Below are positions 9,045-18,832 of a stretch of 54,915 nt of DNA, one piece after another (the stretch's first letter is position 1; each line of letters opens with the position of its first letter). The notes below the pieces were generated by a model. It was not told where the DNA came from. It made no database searches and worked only from the letters and a program-made list of their open reading frames with translations. The DNA lies in the IMG/VR virus record IMGVR_UViG_3300020388_000692, positions 1 to 54,915 of that record; one strand, 5' to 3'. A program made the translations under genes and the position numbers. This stretch comes from a virus. Lineage: Duplodnaviria; Caudoviricetes.

Positions 9045-10927
9045 TAAACGAAGATCCCTAATTCAAATGCATTCATGTTATCAGGATGCCCAGCAGGAAG
9101 ATTTGGAAGAGTGGGATTACCACCACCTCCTGGATTTGAAGGAGACTGAGGAGACTGAGGTCGTGATGCTACTATTGGTTTTTGTCCCTGCACGCCTGGA
9201 AGAGTAATAAAACTTACAGGAGTTCCTTTGGGTTTTGCTGATTGCTGTTGAGATGCAGCAGGTTGAGCAGCAGCAGGTTGAACTTTCTGCTGTAATGATT
9301 TATTGAATGCATCTATAATCGACTGCGTGGGTTTTACATTTTGACCTGAATAATAACTTCTTCCTTCACCTGGAGCCCTTCCTTTATCACCAGGACCATA
9401 TAAGTTGGGGAACGATGCAATTTCAGGTGCCATCATATCAATAACATTACGACTTAAACCTTCTTTTTTTAGAAGTTCAGGTGTAACACCTCTGAATTCT
9501 GCTGCCCTATTTAAGAACATTTTATCTTGCATCTCATTGGTGAACAAAGTATCACCAGGCAAGTTCATATCTCTTTGGACATCTCGTAAAGTACCTGGCA
9601 TAAACTGATATCTACCAGTAGCAGCAGACCCAGAAGCATATCCTGCATTTCTACCTTTCACTTGTCCAGTCGTCATCATAGCATGAACTTCATCAATAGT
9701 AAGTTCACCTTTTTCAAGTTCAGGAACTACTTGTCCACCAAAAATTGTTCCATAACTTTTTGATGTTCCTTCAGCAAAAGAAACAGAATCAAGTAGAGCT
9801 TGTTGTTCTGGTGTTCCTACTCCAGTTGAAGTACCAGTTCGACTTTGTTGAATCAATGAAGGTATACCTGGACCAGATCCTAATGTTCTTGACTGACCAA
9901 ATAGATTTCCCATTCCTAGGAAATTACTCGCAGTATTTGCCTGACCAGTAAGACCCAAAGCGGCAAGAATGTTATTGATTATATCTCCAATGAAACCTGT
10001 TCCGCTTTCGATTCCACCCATAGCAAGACTACCAGCACCAGACATCATGGCACCACCTAAACTTCCCAGAGTATCGTATTTTGCTAAGAAGTTAATTCCA
10101 TCAGGACCAAGCAATCCTTTCTCGATAACATTTCCATCAGCATCTACAATATCTTTATATGGTTGTAATGGATCTGGCGGAGTAATGGGTTTCGCCTTTA
10201 CTATATTACCATATACGGAGTGTCCCATATTTTTGAGATCCTGCATGAATGGGATGGTGACCCCATAGGTAAAATTCCCAATATTTAACTGTATCTTTGT
10301 TGGAAGATTCTCTATGAACTTGGCTATCTTTTTAACTTCTCCAATGACTATATTAACTAGGTTAATGGCAGGGATTATAGTATTATTAAGATATCCGCTT
10401 ATCTTATTATAAAACTTTTCTATGTTGCTATCTAGATCAGATAACTTTCCTTTAAGGTCTTGGAATATTCCATCTGCTCCACCCTTAAGAAACTCAAATG
10501 CTTTCTTTATCTGGGGAGCAAATAATGCTGCAACACCAGCTACAACTGCTCCAACCAGTCCGACCATGCCCAGTGTTTTGAGGAATCCTCCACCGCCACC
10601 ACCTCCAGACATTCCTTTTATCTGTTTTATAACACCCTTAAGTGTTGCACTTAAACTCTTTGCGGCAATGAATGTTCCAACTAAAAGATTTTTAAGTGAA
10701 TTAACTGCTCCCTTTATTACTCCCTCATTCTTACCAAGGAATTTTGCATAGTCACGACCAGTTGCCCTACCAAAGCGACTCTCTCTTTGCCTTGGATCAC
10801 CTTCAACCACATTTGCCATAGTAGAAGCAGGAGCAACCATCATCCCTCGCTGACGTGAAAAGATTGAACTTGCGCCGCCTGGTGTGGGTTGGATGAATCT
10901 CTTTGCTCTTACTCCTGATGCTGCCAT
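9044..10927 (-). CDS. tape-measure-position protein with lambda-R-like lytic transglycosylase/lysozyme domain
   Basis: ALLDSVSFAEGT..Y..ATGRYQFMPGT..QDKM motif; amphipathic helical N-half; follows gp26/gp51. Confidence 0.7.
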   Translation of the reverse strand: MAASGVRAKRFIQPTPGGASSIFSRQRGMMVAPASTMANVVEGDPRQRESRFGRATGRDYAKFLGKNEGVIKGAVNSLKNLLVGTFIAAKSLSATLKGVIKQIKGMSGGGGGGGFLKTLGMVGLVGAVVAGVAALFAPQIKKAFEFLKGGADGIFQDLKGKLSDLDSNIEKFYNKISGYLNNTIIPAINLVNIVIGEVKKIAKFIENLPTKIQLNIGNFTYGVTIPFMQDLKNMGHSVYGNIVKAKPITPPDPLQPYKDIVDADGNVIEKGLLGPDGINFLAKYDTLGSLGGAMMSGAGSLAMGGIESGTGFIGDIINNILAALGLTGQANTASNFLGMGNLFGQSRTLGSGPGIPSLIQQSRTGTSTGVGTPEQQALLDSVSFAEGTSKSYGTIFGGQVVPELEKGELTIDEVHAMMTTGQVKGRNAGYASGSAATGRYQFMPGTLRDVQRDMNLPGDTLFTNEMQDKMFLNRAAEFRGVTPELLKKEGLSRNVIDMMAPEIASFPNLYGPGDKGRAPGEGRSYYSGQNVKPTQSIIDAFNKSLQQKVQPAAAQPAASQQQSAKPKGTPVSFITLPGVQGQKPIVASRPQSPQSPSNPGGGGNPTLPNLPAGHPDNMNAFELGIFV

Positions 10928-11110
10928 TTACATTCCTTGTTGTTGAATTCGTGCATTCTCTTCTTCAACATATTGATTTAACATCGCAAGATATATATCT
11001 CTCTCCCATGGCATCATGTTTTCAATCTCTGTTAAACTATATTTATGATGCTGCATGAGAGAAAAGTTGACCTTGTAATACGATTCAAGATCAATATGTG
11101 CCATAATCAA
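10928..11110 (-). CDS. gp51: baseplate hub assembly catalyst gp51
   Basis: YYKVNFSLMQHHKYSLTEIENMMPWERDIY signature. Confidence 0.9.
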   Translation of the reverse strand: MIMAHIDLESYYKVNFSLMQHHKYSLTEIENMMPWERDIYLAMLNQYVEEENARIQQQGM

Positions 11111-11829
11111 CCGAAAAAACTTTGTAACCCTTCTAATACAACCTCGTTCTCAACCTTTGTATTTGGGTTGGTAACCTTAATAGTATGTGAGAGTTTAGGC
11201 ATAGTAGCAAAAAACTTTTCAATCTTTTTAAATTGAGAAGAATTCAAACCATCCAACCATGACATTAATTCTTTCTTAGTCACATCAGATGTAGACCATG
11301 CGTCTTCTTCATTGAAGATGACATCAATACATGATCCAATAATTTCAAATGACTTATTCAAATCTTCAGCAGAATCATCAAAACTAAAGTTATTAGAAAC
11401 AAATTGATCTAATGATGGGTACTTCATACGAAGGGTCAGACTACCATCCAAGTCAATGTCTGGTGTATGCTCTTTGTCCTTTACAACTTCAATCTCATCA
11501 ATGTAAATCTTGACGGGAACTGTTGTCTGTCCATCATCAGGACAGGTGATGATCAGATCAACTGCTTCACCCACAGACTTGCCTCTGATATTCAAGAACA
11601 GATATTCAATATCAAAGGTAGCAAGGTTCTCAACCTTAACACCTCTGGTCTGGATGCAATCCTTCAATGTATTTTTAACTGCAGTTGCAATCTGTTTTTC
11701 GTCTTCGCTTTCTAAAGCAAGGATGAGAATTTTTTCTTCTCTAACAAGGAAAGGACGATATTTAATTTTCTTTCCTGTTGATGGTAGTTCCAACTCATAA
11801 GTCGGGGTAGAAATCTTTGGTAAAGGCAT
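11107..11829 (-). CDS. gp26: baseplate hub subunit gp26
   Basis: MPLPKI..YELELPSTGKKIKYRPFLVREEK..FDIEYLFLNIRGKSVGE..LEGLQSFF. Confidence 0.95.
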   Translation of the reverse strand: MPLPKISTPTYELELPSTGKKIKYRPFLVREEKILILALESEDEKQIATAVKNTLKDCIQTRGVKVENLATFDIEYLFLNIRGKSVGEAVDLIITCPDDGQTTVPVKIYIDEIEVVKDKEHTPDIDLDGSLTLRMKYPSLDQFVSNNFSFDDSAEDLNKSFEIIGSCIDVIFNEEDAWSTSDVTKKELMSWLDGLNSSQFKKIEKFFATMPKLSHTIKVTNPNTKVENEVVLEGLQSFFG

Positions 11830-11850
11830 AATGATAGATTACGATAAAAT

Positions 11851-11857
11851 TATTTAG
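11851..11857 (-). promoter_or_regulatory. T4-type late promoter variant (CTAAATA) for the gp26 operon
   Basis: TAAATA core about 22 nt upstream of the gp26 ATG in the intergenic gap. Confidence 0.55.
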
Positions 11858-11866
11858 TGGGGTATA

Positions 11867-12610
11867 TTACTTCTTTCTAGGGATCTGTTTCGACACAGTA
11901 TACCTAGCGTAGTTAAAGTTCACAGTAACTTTTGTTATTGAACTTCCGTCATAAGAAAATGGAATGGCAGCAATATTCATTGGGAATGCATCAATAAAAT
12001 TATATACTAAGATGGGTTGCTCAAGGAGTCTCTTTTCAATTTTGTCTTCTCTAATTACTTCGTTTGGATTTTTCCAGAATCCTCTTTCAAATTTGACGAT
12101 AGAAATCTTGGTCTTATACTCTTTGGGATATCTCATCCTAAAGAAACTATTACTTTCATCAAAGTCTGCTGCACCTTCCTCATCACCATCATATGTTGCG
12201 CTGCCTCTGCTGAGTGGATCGATCCAGTTTAACCATTCCTCAAAAATACGAACAGTATTATACTCTTTGTCAACATAGAAAGTCAAATCAAAGTCAGCAA
12301 AGATTCTACGCATTGGGAATCTTTCTAGAACTCCTTGACGACTTCCTGCTTCTTCTGCCATGTCAAAAGATGATCCTGGCAAAACTGCATCAGAACATAA
12401 GAAATCATATGTCTCTTCTGTGGATTTAGATTGATCAAACAATCCACATCTGGTGAGGTATCTATTCAAAGGACCAACACCACTCTGTCGAACAGTAGAA
12501 CGTCCAAGATTTAATGTCACCATAAACTGGGAAGTTTGAGACAACCCACCAAAGGTTTCCTGGACATCATTTATCTTCTTGTATAGAATCTCAGGCGAAT
12601 ATGTTGCCAT
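11867..12610 (-). CDS. gp54: baseplate tail-tube initiator gp54 (gp19-like fold)
   Basis: FLCSDAVLPG, LTFYVD, FEEWLNWI, AFPMNI..VTVNFNY; divergent from gp4. Confidence 0.75.
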   Translation of the reverse strand: MATYSPEILYKKINDVQETFGGLSQTSQFMVTLNLGRSTVRQSGVGPLNRYLTRCGLFDQSKSTEETYDFLCSDAVLPGSSFDMAEEAGSRQGVLERFPMRRIFADFDLTFYVDKEYNTVRIFEEWLNWIDPLSRGSATYDGDEEGAADFDESNSFFRMRYPKEYKTKISIVKFERGFWKNPNEVIREDKIEKRLLEQPILVYNFIDAFPMNIAAIPFSYDGSSITKVTVNFNYARYTVSKQIPRKK

Positions 12611-12617
12611 CTAAATA
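12611..12617 (+). promoter_or_regulatory. late promoter variant (CTAAATA) for gp4-gp2-gp48-gp53
   Basis: TAAATA core about 26 nt upstream of the gp4 ATG at 12643. Confidence 0.5.
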
Positions 12618-12642
12618 CTTTGAAACTACTTATATACTATGT

Positions 12643-13083
12643 ATGCCGTATAGTGGAAGGTATCTCCCGTCGCACCCTAAGAAGTATAATGGGAATGCTA
12701 AAAATATTATATATCGTTCTCTTTGGGAGAGAAAATTTTGTTCTTATTGTGACTTGAATGAATCAGTGAAGGAGTGGCAGTCGGAAGAGTTTTGGATACC
12801 ATACATCTCACCTGTAGATAAAAGAGTTCATCGATACTTTCCTGACTTCTTTATCAAGTATGTAGATAGGACAGGTAAGTTGAGACAGATGGTTGTTGAA
12901 ATCAAACCTAAGAAACAGGTAGCACAACCAAATATGAATCCCAAGCGGAAGACTAAGGCATGGCAGAACTCTATCATAACCTGGTCAGTCAATCAAGCAA
13001 AGTGGAAAGCAGCACGAGAGTTCTGTGCTGACCGCAAGTTTGAATTTAAGATCATGACCGAAGACGATCTAGGAATCAAGTAA
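12643..13083 (+). CDS. gp4: head completion protein gp4 (TnsA-like nuclease fold)
   Basis: YSGRY.P.HPKKY..IIYRSLWERKF..HRYFPDF..VEIKP..NQAKWKAA; start moved to MPYSG. Confidence 0.95.
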   Translation: MPYSGRYLPSHPKKYNGNAKNIIYRSLWERKFCSYCDLNESVKEWQSEEFWIPYISPVDKRVHRYFPDFFIKYVDRTGKLRQMVVEIKPKKQVAQPNMNPKRKTKAWQNSIITWSVNQAKWKAAREFCADRKFEFKIMTEDDLGIK

Positions 13084-13607
13084 TGCCAAGGAAGACTCTC
13101 AAGCAAAGACAGCAGGAAGCAGCAGAGGCAAGAGGTACTATTGGTCAAAGGATCATGGCACGAGCAGGTGGTGGTAAGGACCCCAACTGGTATGCAAATG
13201 AACTGTTCACTGAACTACAAAATAATCGTGGTGAAGCAGGACTAGGTTCTCTCTGTTTCTTCCAATACAATGCAAAGAGTCCTGAAAGATATCCTTTCTA
13301 TGATAGAAGACCCCTTGCTTACATCATTGAAATCAGCAGTACCAGAATACTTGGTGCCAACTTACATTACTTAAATCCTGGTATCAGAGGAGAAGTTGCT
13401 GCTTCCTTGATAAATAAGAAACAAGTGGACTTTTCCGTAGGTTATTCCAAACTTATACACAGTTACATTCCGAGTAACATGGGTGATATGTATGCTATTC
13501 CAGTTGATGGAAACGAGTATCGTGATGTCGCAAAATTAGTCACTGAAAATTTTGTAGACAAGACAGGAATATTTGTGGGTCCAGAAACAGCGTGGGACAG
13601 TATTTAA
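13083..13607 (+). CDS. gp2: DNA end protector gp2
   Basis: FFQYNAK..PFYDRRPL..GANLHYL motif; follows gp4. Confidence 0.8.
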   Translation: MPRKTLKQRQQEAAEARGTIGQRIMARAGGGKDPNWYANELFTELQNNRGEAGLGSLCFFQYNAKSPERYPFYDRRPLAYIIEISSTRILGANLHYLNPGIRGEVAASLINKKQVDFSVGYSKLIHSYIPSNMGDMYAIPVDGNEYRDVAKLVTENFVDKTGIFVGPETAWDSI

Positions 13608-15518
13608 ATGTCAGCAAGCACAGACGCCAGAGTATCACCACAAGATAAGAATAGGATTCTATCCAGTATTGGTGGTAAAGATAAAAACTGGGTCACTAAA
13701 ATTAATAACAAGACCTTCTTTATGCAAGTTAGACTTGCAGAGAGTGGTGAAATACAATTAATGGCAGTAGAGAAGGCAGGTACTATTGAACGTCCATACC
13801 TATTAGCTAACCTAGAAGATGGACAATGGAATTATGGTGGTTCTGGTAGAATATTTGATAGTTCATTGGGGACTGGTCTAGGATCTCTATTGCAACCAGT
13901 TCAGGCAGTGGTATCAAATGATGAAACAACTGCAAAAGCAATCATAAATGCGGCAACAGTAGATGGTAAGGATATTTCATTAGATGATCAATTACTCTTA
14001 GCAAGTCAAACAGCACAGCAACTGTATACTAATAGATCAACCAATCAACAACCAGGGCAAGCAGTTCCCAATCCCAATGCCTTTTTACCTAGCAGTGTAA
14101 CAGGTGGTCCACAAGCCATAGCAACACAACCATTTAATCCAGGCGCACAAGCTACAGTTGTACCTGGTAATGCAGTTGCAGAAAATAATGAACCCGGAGT
14201 AGAGGGAGAAGAGAATATAATTGAGGAAGTAGGTGATAAATTAAAGGTAATAGCAAAAAGTGCTATTGATACCATTGGTGGAATATTAGAAGATCTGAAA
14301 ATAACTGAAGAGGACATTGCAAAGTTTGACGCAATGTTTGAAGCAGGTGGTGGCGATGCAATTAAAAGTGCAATGTATCCACTTGATAACACCTACGGTG
14401 AAATTCGAGGACAGGACTTTGTTACCATTGACCAGTTCATATATCAACCTCCAAGAAAAGATCAAATCCTTGGTACAGACACAGATGGAAATAGGATAAA
14501 TCCAGTTACAACAATAACTAAAGGTCAATATAGACTTACACCATTGAAAAAGTTTGTGGCACGGGTCAGTTTGCCTATGCCAAATAATATTACAGACTCC
14601 AACAATGTTGCTTGGGGTGATGATGCGATGAATAATCTTGCTGCAGCACTCACCGCTTCTGTTATGAGAAATCCAACTGCTGGATTAATTGGTGGAGCAG
14701 TATCAAGTATGATTAATGGTCCTCTAGGACAAATGCTTACTCTTGGATTGGTTGGTCTAGACAATGATGGTATCGTGGGTCCTAATGGGGAGCAATTAAA
14801 TGATCTCCAAGCAAGAATAATAGCACTGGCTAAATCTTTGGAAGCAGAAGGTGCCCAGACACTACTGAAGACAAATCAAGGTGCAGCGTCTTTGGGCATG
14901 TTGGGTGTCAATGTTTCACCAGAATCAATTCTTTCCAGAGGTTTTGGTGTTGTTCCAAATAGTAATTTAGAATTACTGTTCAATAATGTAACACTTAGAG
15001 ACTTCCAATTCAGTTGGAGAATGAGTCCAAGAGATGAAAGAGAAGCACGAGAAGTCAAAAAAATTATTCGTTTCTTCAAGCAAGGAATGGCAGCAAAGAC
15101 CATGCAAAACACAGCAGGAGAAAGAAGCATCTATCTAGGATCACCAAACGTCTTTAGACTTCAGTATCGAACTGCTGGTGGAAGAATCATTGAAGGTGTA
15201 AATAGAATCAAACCTTGTGCTGTTGTTGGCACATCAGTCAACTACACACCAGATGGTCAATGGTCAGGATATGATGAAGGTCAACCAGTGAGTTGCACAT
15301 TCTCAATTCAAATGAAAGAACTCGAACCTGTATACGCATCTGATTATAGTAAGAATGTGATTGGATCTAGGAGAAGTCAAGATAGAATAGTTGAAACTTT
15401 TGGAGAAACAGAGACAGTATTTGATGGAGGTGACGTAACATCAACAACCAGAACATTTGATCTTGCTGCAGGTGACGGAGATCTTTATCCAATTAGACCC
15501 AACGAGGTAGGTTACTAA
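13608..15518 (+). CDS. gp48: baseplate tail-tube cap gp48 with long N-terminal extension
   Basis: LPMPNNITDSN.V.W, PNSNLELLF..LRDFQFSW.MSPRD..EA..V..IIRFFK, VNYTPDG. Confidence 0.9.
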   Translation: MSASTDARVSPQDKNRILSSIGGKDKNWVTKINNKTFFMQVRLAESGEIQLMAVEKAGTIERPYLLANLEDGQWNYGGSGRIFDSSLGTGLGSLLQPVQAVVSNDETTAKAIINAATVDGKDISLDDQLLLASQTAQQLYTNRSTNQQPGQAVPNPNAFLPSSVTGGPQAIATQPFNPGAQATVVPGNAVAENNEPGVEGEENIIEEVGDKLKVIAKSAIDTIGGILEDLKITEEDIAKFDAMFEAGGGDAIKSAMYPLDNTYGEIRGQDFVTIDQFIYQPPRKDQILGTDTDGNRINPVTTITKGQYRLTPLKKFVARVSLPMPNNITDSNNVAWGDDAMNNLAAALTASVMRNPTAGLIGGAVSSMINGPLGQMLTLGLVGLDNDGIVGPNGEQLNDLQARIIALAKSLEAEGAQTLLKTNQGAASLGMLGVNVSPESILSRGFGVVPNSNLELLFNNVTLRDFQFSWRMSPRDEREAREVKKIIRFFKQGMAAKTMQNTAGERSIYLGSPNVFRLQYRTAGGRIIEGVNRIKPCAVVGTSVNYTPDGQWSGYDEGQPVSCTFSIQMKELEPVYASDYSKNVIGSRRSQDRIVETFGETETVFDGGDVTSTTRTFDLAAGDGDLYPIRPNEVGY

Positions 15519-16258
15519 TGTCTTATTTTAGAGAGTTACCAAATATATCTGCTGTCTCATTACTACCAGGTAGACAGAGAAGCAATGAGAGAGTTCTAGT
15601 CAAGAACATCTATAAGAGAGCAAAACTTAGAACTGATGTTGATTATGCGATTACTGCATTTGATTTTAGAATGATCAAGGAAGGTGATAGACCTGACACT
15701 ATTGCTGCTTCTTTATATGGAGATCCAGAATTAGACTGGGTAGTTCTAATCACCAATAACATTATCAATATTAGAGACCAATGGCCCCTGAGTAACAATG
15801 ACCTTCATGATTATTTGTTAGATAAGTATGGTTCTGAGGCAGCACTTCTTGAACCACATCATTATGAAACAAGAGAGATCAGAGATGCTTTTAATAGAAC
15901 CGTTTTAGAACCAGGACTTGAGGTTGATTCAGATTTTACATTTACATATGCAACACTGCAGGGCAACACTGTAACCACAGACAAAGCAAATTACGATGCC
16001 ATCCAAGCAAGCACCGAATTTGATGATGCATACAAAAAAACTTTTATACTATTAAGTGCATCTGCTGCGGGTCCAGTCAGTAACTTTAAGTTTGAAACAC
16101 AGCAAAATGATGCTAAGAGACTCATTCGTGTTTTGAAACCAGACTTCCTTGGTGGGTTCATATCTGATATGAGAAACATCATGAAGTACGAGACTTCTTC
16201 TCAGTATATCAACAGAACTACCAAGGCAGCATACAACCCAAGAGAATCTGGGGTATAA
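15518..16258 (+). CDS. gp53: baseplate wedge subunit gp53 (LysM-like)
   Basis: MSYFRELPN..GDRPDTIA..LYGDPELDWVVLITNNI..QWP. Confidence 0.92.
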   Translation: MSYFRELPNISAVSLLPGRQRSNERVLVKNIYKRAKLRTDVDYAITAFDFRMIKEGDRPDTIAASLYGDPELDWVVLITNNIINIRDQWPLSNNDLHDYLLDKYGSEAALLEPHHYETREIRDAFNRTVLEPGLEVDSDFTFTYATLQGNTVTTDKANYDAIQASTEFDDAYKKTFILLSASAAGPVSNFKFETQQNDAKRLIRVLKPDFLGGFISDMRNIMKYETSSQYINRTTKAAYNPRESGV

Positions 16259-16280
16259 AAAAACCCTCCTTTCGGAGGGT
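16257..16280 (-). terminator. rho-independent terminator after gp32
   Basis: ACCCTCC-GAAA-GGAGGGT followed by T-run. Confidence 0.85.
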
Positions 16281-16287
16281 GGAAAGA

Positions 16288-17247
16288 TCAGGAGTTGACC
16301 AGTTTAGCAAAGTAGTTGAGGGAATCATCTTCCTCTTCTGTGCTACTGCTTGGAGTGATGTCAGGGTCATTGAATGACTTACTGCGACCTTCACTCAGAT
16401 CCTCATAGGATGCACCAGCGGCACTGGGTTCAGTGTAATCGCCACGACGCTCACGCTCCCATTGTGCTTCTTGCTCTTGGGTTTCACGGTCCTGCATCTT
16501 AGGTGTGCCCTTGAGTCCAAGAGCATACTGCAGACGCTTTTCAAGTGCAGCGTAGTCCTTGAAGTTCTTGGGATCAAGGAACTCATTCAGGTCATGGAGA
16601 TTGTTATAGAGTTTCTCCAGACGGTCGTCATCATCGAACAGTGCGCTAGGTTTGTCGAACTCAGACTTGTCGTAGTTCTGGTAACCTTCTACCTTACGGA
16701 TCTTCAGTTTGAAGTTAGCACCAGTCCAGAAGTCGAAAGGATTGATAGGTTCTTCGTCATCAAACTCAGGCTTCATTGCTTCCATGATTTTGTCATGGAT
16801 CTTCTTACCATACTTGTATAGGAAGACTTTGCCTTCGTTGTCAGGGTTAGCAGGATCGCTAACGACAAAGATGTTGCTGTAGTAGGACAGCTTACGCTTT
16901 TGCTTACGTGCTTGCTCCTTACCAGAGTCGGTGCCGTTGTTCCAAAGAGTAGAGTTGTACTCAGAGATAGGGCACTTCTGTCCCAAAGTAGTCAAAGAGT
17001 TCTCGATAAACCATCCACCTGGACCTTGGAATGCATGGGTATAGACTCGTGCCCAAGGCAGTTCGTTACCTTCTGCTTCAGGGAGGAAACGAATGACAGC
17101 GTAACCATTACCAGTCTTATCGACTGATGGTTTCCAGATACGCTCGTCTGCACCGTTACCTTTTTCGTTGAGCTTCTCGACAGACTTGATCAGTTTGTCA
17201 GTAAGGGAACCAGTGCGGGATTGCTTTTTAAGATTTGCGAAAGACAT
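16288..17247 (-). CDS. gp32: single-stranded DNA-binding protein gp32
   Basis: DERIWKP..GNGYAVIRFLP..FLYKYGKKI..NPFDFW.GANFKLKI; acidic tail. Confidence 0.97.
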   Translation of the reverse strand: MSFANLKKQSRTGSLTDKLIKSVEKLNEKGNGADERIWKPSVDKTGNGYAVIRFLPEAEGNELPWARVYTHAFQGPGGWFIENSLTTLGQKCPISEYNSTLWNNGTDSGKEQARKQKRKLSYYSNIFVVSDPANPDNEGKVFLYKYGKKIHDKIMEAMKPEFDDEEPINPFDFWTGANFKLKIRKVEGYQNYDKSEFDKPSALFDDDDRLEKLYNNLHDLNEFLDPKNFKDYAALEKRLQYALGLKGTPKMQDRETQEQEAQWERERRGDYTEPSAAGASYEDLSEGRSKSFNDPDITPSSSTEEEDDSLNYFAKLVNS

Positions 17248-17292
17248 AGGATTGATTGGATAGATTAGGATGAATTAGGATTCGTTGGATAA
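17248..17292 (-). repeat. five ATCC(T)AA-type repeats in the gp32 5' leader
   Basis: ATCCAA cga ATCCTAA ttc ATCCTAA tct ATCCAA tca ATCCT-ATG. Confidence 0.7.
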
Positions 17293-17302
17293 CGACAAGT
17301 GT

Positions 17303-17331
17303 ATTATAGGACACGAGGTCTCACTTGTCAA
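17303..17331 (-). promoter_or_regulatory. early promoter of gp32
   Basis: TTGACA-17 nt-TATAAT, perfect consensus. Confidence 0.85.
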
Positions 17332-17650
17332 GTGTTTTTTCTAGTTTTTGGATAGTGTGATCAAGTTGCTGGAAGAATTTCTCCATGCCGTCGATCTCGG
17401 AGTAACCGAACATCTTTGCTGCTTCGACCACCTTTGCCTTGATTTGCAAAGCATCAGGGTCATCCGACAGAGAGATACGGAAAAAGAAAATCTTTTGCTT
17501 CTCAAGGAATGTCTTGAGTCGCTTTAAGTGTTCTCTCCTTTCTTCAACACTATACTTACCAAGGTTCATAAGATCCATGGTGAGTTCTTGTTGTAGTTCC
17601 TCAAGATCCATGATGGTATCACGAACTTGATCGGAGTCAAAAAATCTCAT
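17321..17650 (-). CDS. conserved cyanophage/cyanobacterial protein (DUF1825-like)
   Basis: FFDSDQV..LEKQKIFFFRISLSDDPDA motif; lies between gp59 and gp32. Confidence 0.75.
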   Translation of the reverse strand: MRFFDSDQVRDTIMDLEELQQELTMDLMNLGKYSVEERREHLKRLKTFLEKQKIFFFRISLSDDPDALQIKAKVVEAAKMFGYSEIDGMEKFFQQLDHTIQKLEKTLDK

Positions 17651-18264
17651 ACTACTTGCTCTTTAAGAATCGACTTGTACTTGTTCACATTAATATTTAG
17701 GAATGGTTTATATTTTTTTATCTTGAGACTGACGGTATCCCACACCGGGTCATCGAGTTTTTTATCGAAGTTCTTCACGTATTCTAGAATGATATCTAGA
17801 ATCACCATGGTCTCAATAGACAAAGCACCCTGCAGATATTTCTTCAATACCTCAGGGTGTGACTGTCCCTTAATAGAGAACAGTTTTTGAAAGTTTTCTC
17901 TGTTGACAAAGACTTCTACCTCAGTCTTAAACATATAACTCATAGTCTGGGATCGTTTCCTCCAAGACTTTAAGTTATCCTCACCGCTGGATATGATCTC
18001 TCCAATCCACAGTCGGTCAGGGTCATCGCATTCAACAAAGTTTGCTAGGAAATAATCTTTGATCTCCTCATCAGTCTTCTTACGAGACATCCGCTCAAAG
18101 AAATAACGATCCTTGCGTTTGTTATATGCTTGAACAGATGCTTTAGATTTACCACCATACTTAAAGTAGTTGTAACTCTTCTTGGTGAAATGATTTTTGA
18201 ATGCTAGGTATGTTTTGTATACATCAATGGGAGTCACGGCGTTCTCTTTCATCAAGTGCTTCAT
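17647..18264 (-). CDS. gp59: helicase loader gp59
   Basis: VYKTYLAFKNHFT..YNYFKYGGK..RKDRYFFE..SIET..KIKKYKPFL; real start probably GTG at 18237. Confidence 0.9.
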   Translation of the reverse strand: MKHLMKENAVTPIDVYKTYLAFKNHFTKKSYNYFKYGGKSKASVQAYNKRKDRYFFERMSRKKTDEEIKDYFLANFVECDDPDRLWIGEIISSGEDNLKSWRKRSQTMSYMFKTEVEVFVNRENFQKLFSIKGQSHPEVLKKYLQGALSIETMVILDIILEYVKNFDKKLDDPVWDTVSLKIKKYKPFLNINVNKYKSILKEQVV

Positions 18265-18379
18265 TAATAATTTGCTTTAACTCGATACGTTCTTCTGGTG
18301 TGAAGATTGTCCTTACCTTGACAGGCATAGGATCATAACTACTTGGTTTCTTTGAAACATACTTTCCGGGAACACTCAT
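18224..18379 (-). CDS. hypothetical 51-aa protein (MSVPGK...)
   Basis: ORF filling the gap; shorter start chosen to avoid overlapping the neighbour. Confidence 0.5.
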   Translation of the reverse strand: MSVPGKYVSKKPSSYDPMPVKVRTIFTPEERIELKQIINEALDERERRDSH

Positions 18380-18389
18380 TCCCTGTGTG

Positions 18390-18581
18390 TCAATCTTGTC
18401 CTTCATCATCAACCCTATCGAATCCTTCAATTTGTTCTGCCATAACTTCATGCTCACCCTTGATGAGATACCAATGGTGTCCTTCTCGTTCACCAAGATA
18501 CTTTAATTCCTCATCCATCCATGAATGCTCACGCATTGCTGCTTGAATTTTATAATGTAATAATTCACTTTTAGAAATCAT
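18390..18581 (-). CDS. hypothetical protein
   Basis: 63-aa ORF overlapping the gp33 stop. Confidence 0.65.
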   Translation of the reverse strand: MISKSELLHYKIQAAMREHSWMDEELKYLGEREGHHWYLIKGEHEVMAEQIEGFDRVDDEGQD

Positions 18582-18832
18582 AATGGAAGTTTTGCTCGTG
18601 TAGTTTTCTTCAGGAAGTTAAGTTGAGTAGCATCATACTTAAGTTTTTCCTTCAGTGGTTTTGATATCAGTTTACCAACAGATTCCATCTCGATCTTGTT
18701 CTCTTCACAAAATGTGAGGATAGCATCGATGTAATTGAATTTATATTCCTTGACCAGGTTCTCAACCTCTTGTGCAAACTTTGCTTGGCACAAGAACTTC
18801 TCCTTGATCAGGTCATCAACTTGATTCTCCAT
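18578..18832 (-). CDS. gp33: late transcription coactivator gp33
   Basis: KFAQEVE.LV..NYIDAI..FCEENKIE.ESV.KLISKPLKEKLK..LNFLK..LP; start at MENQ. Confidence 0.92.
   Translation of the reverse strand: MENQVDDLIKEKFLCQAKFAQEVENLVKEYKFNYIDAILTFCEENKIEMESVGKLISKPLKEKLKYDATQLNFLKKTTRAKLPL

Noticed and set aside
507-11800. Many plus-strand ORFs of 60-175 aa opposite the baseplate genes
   Set aside because: Antisense shadows of long real genes; no motifs and no start context. The same applies to similar shadows throughout the window.
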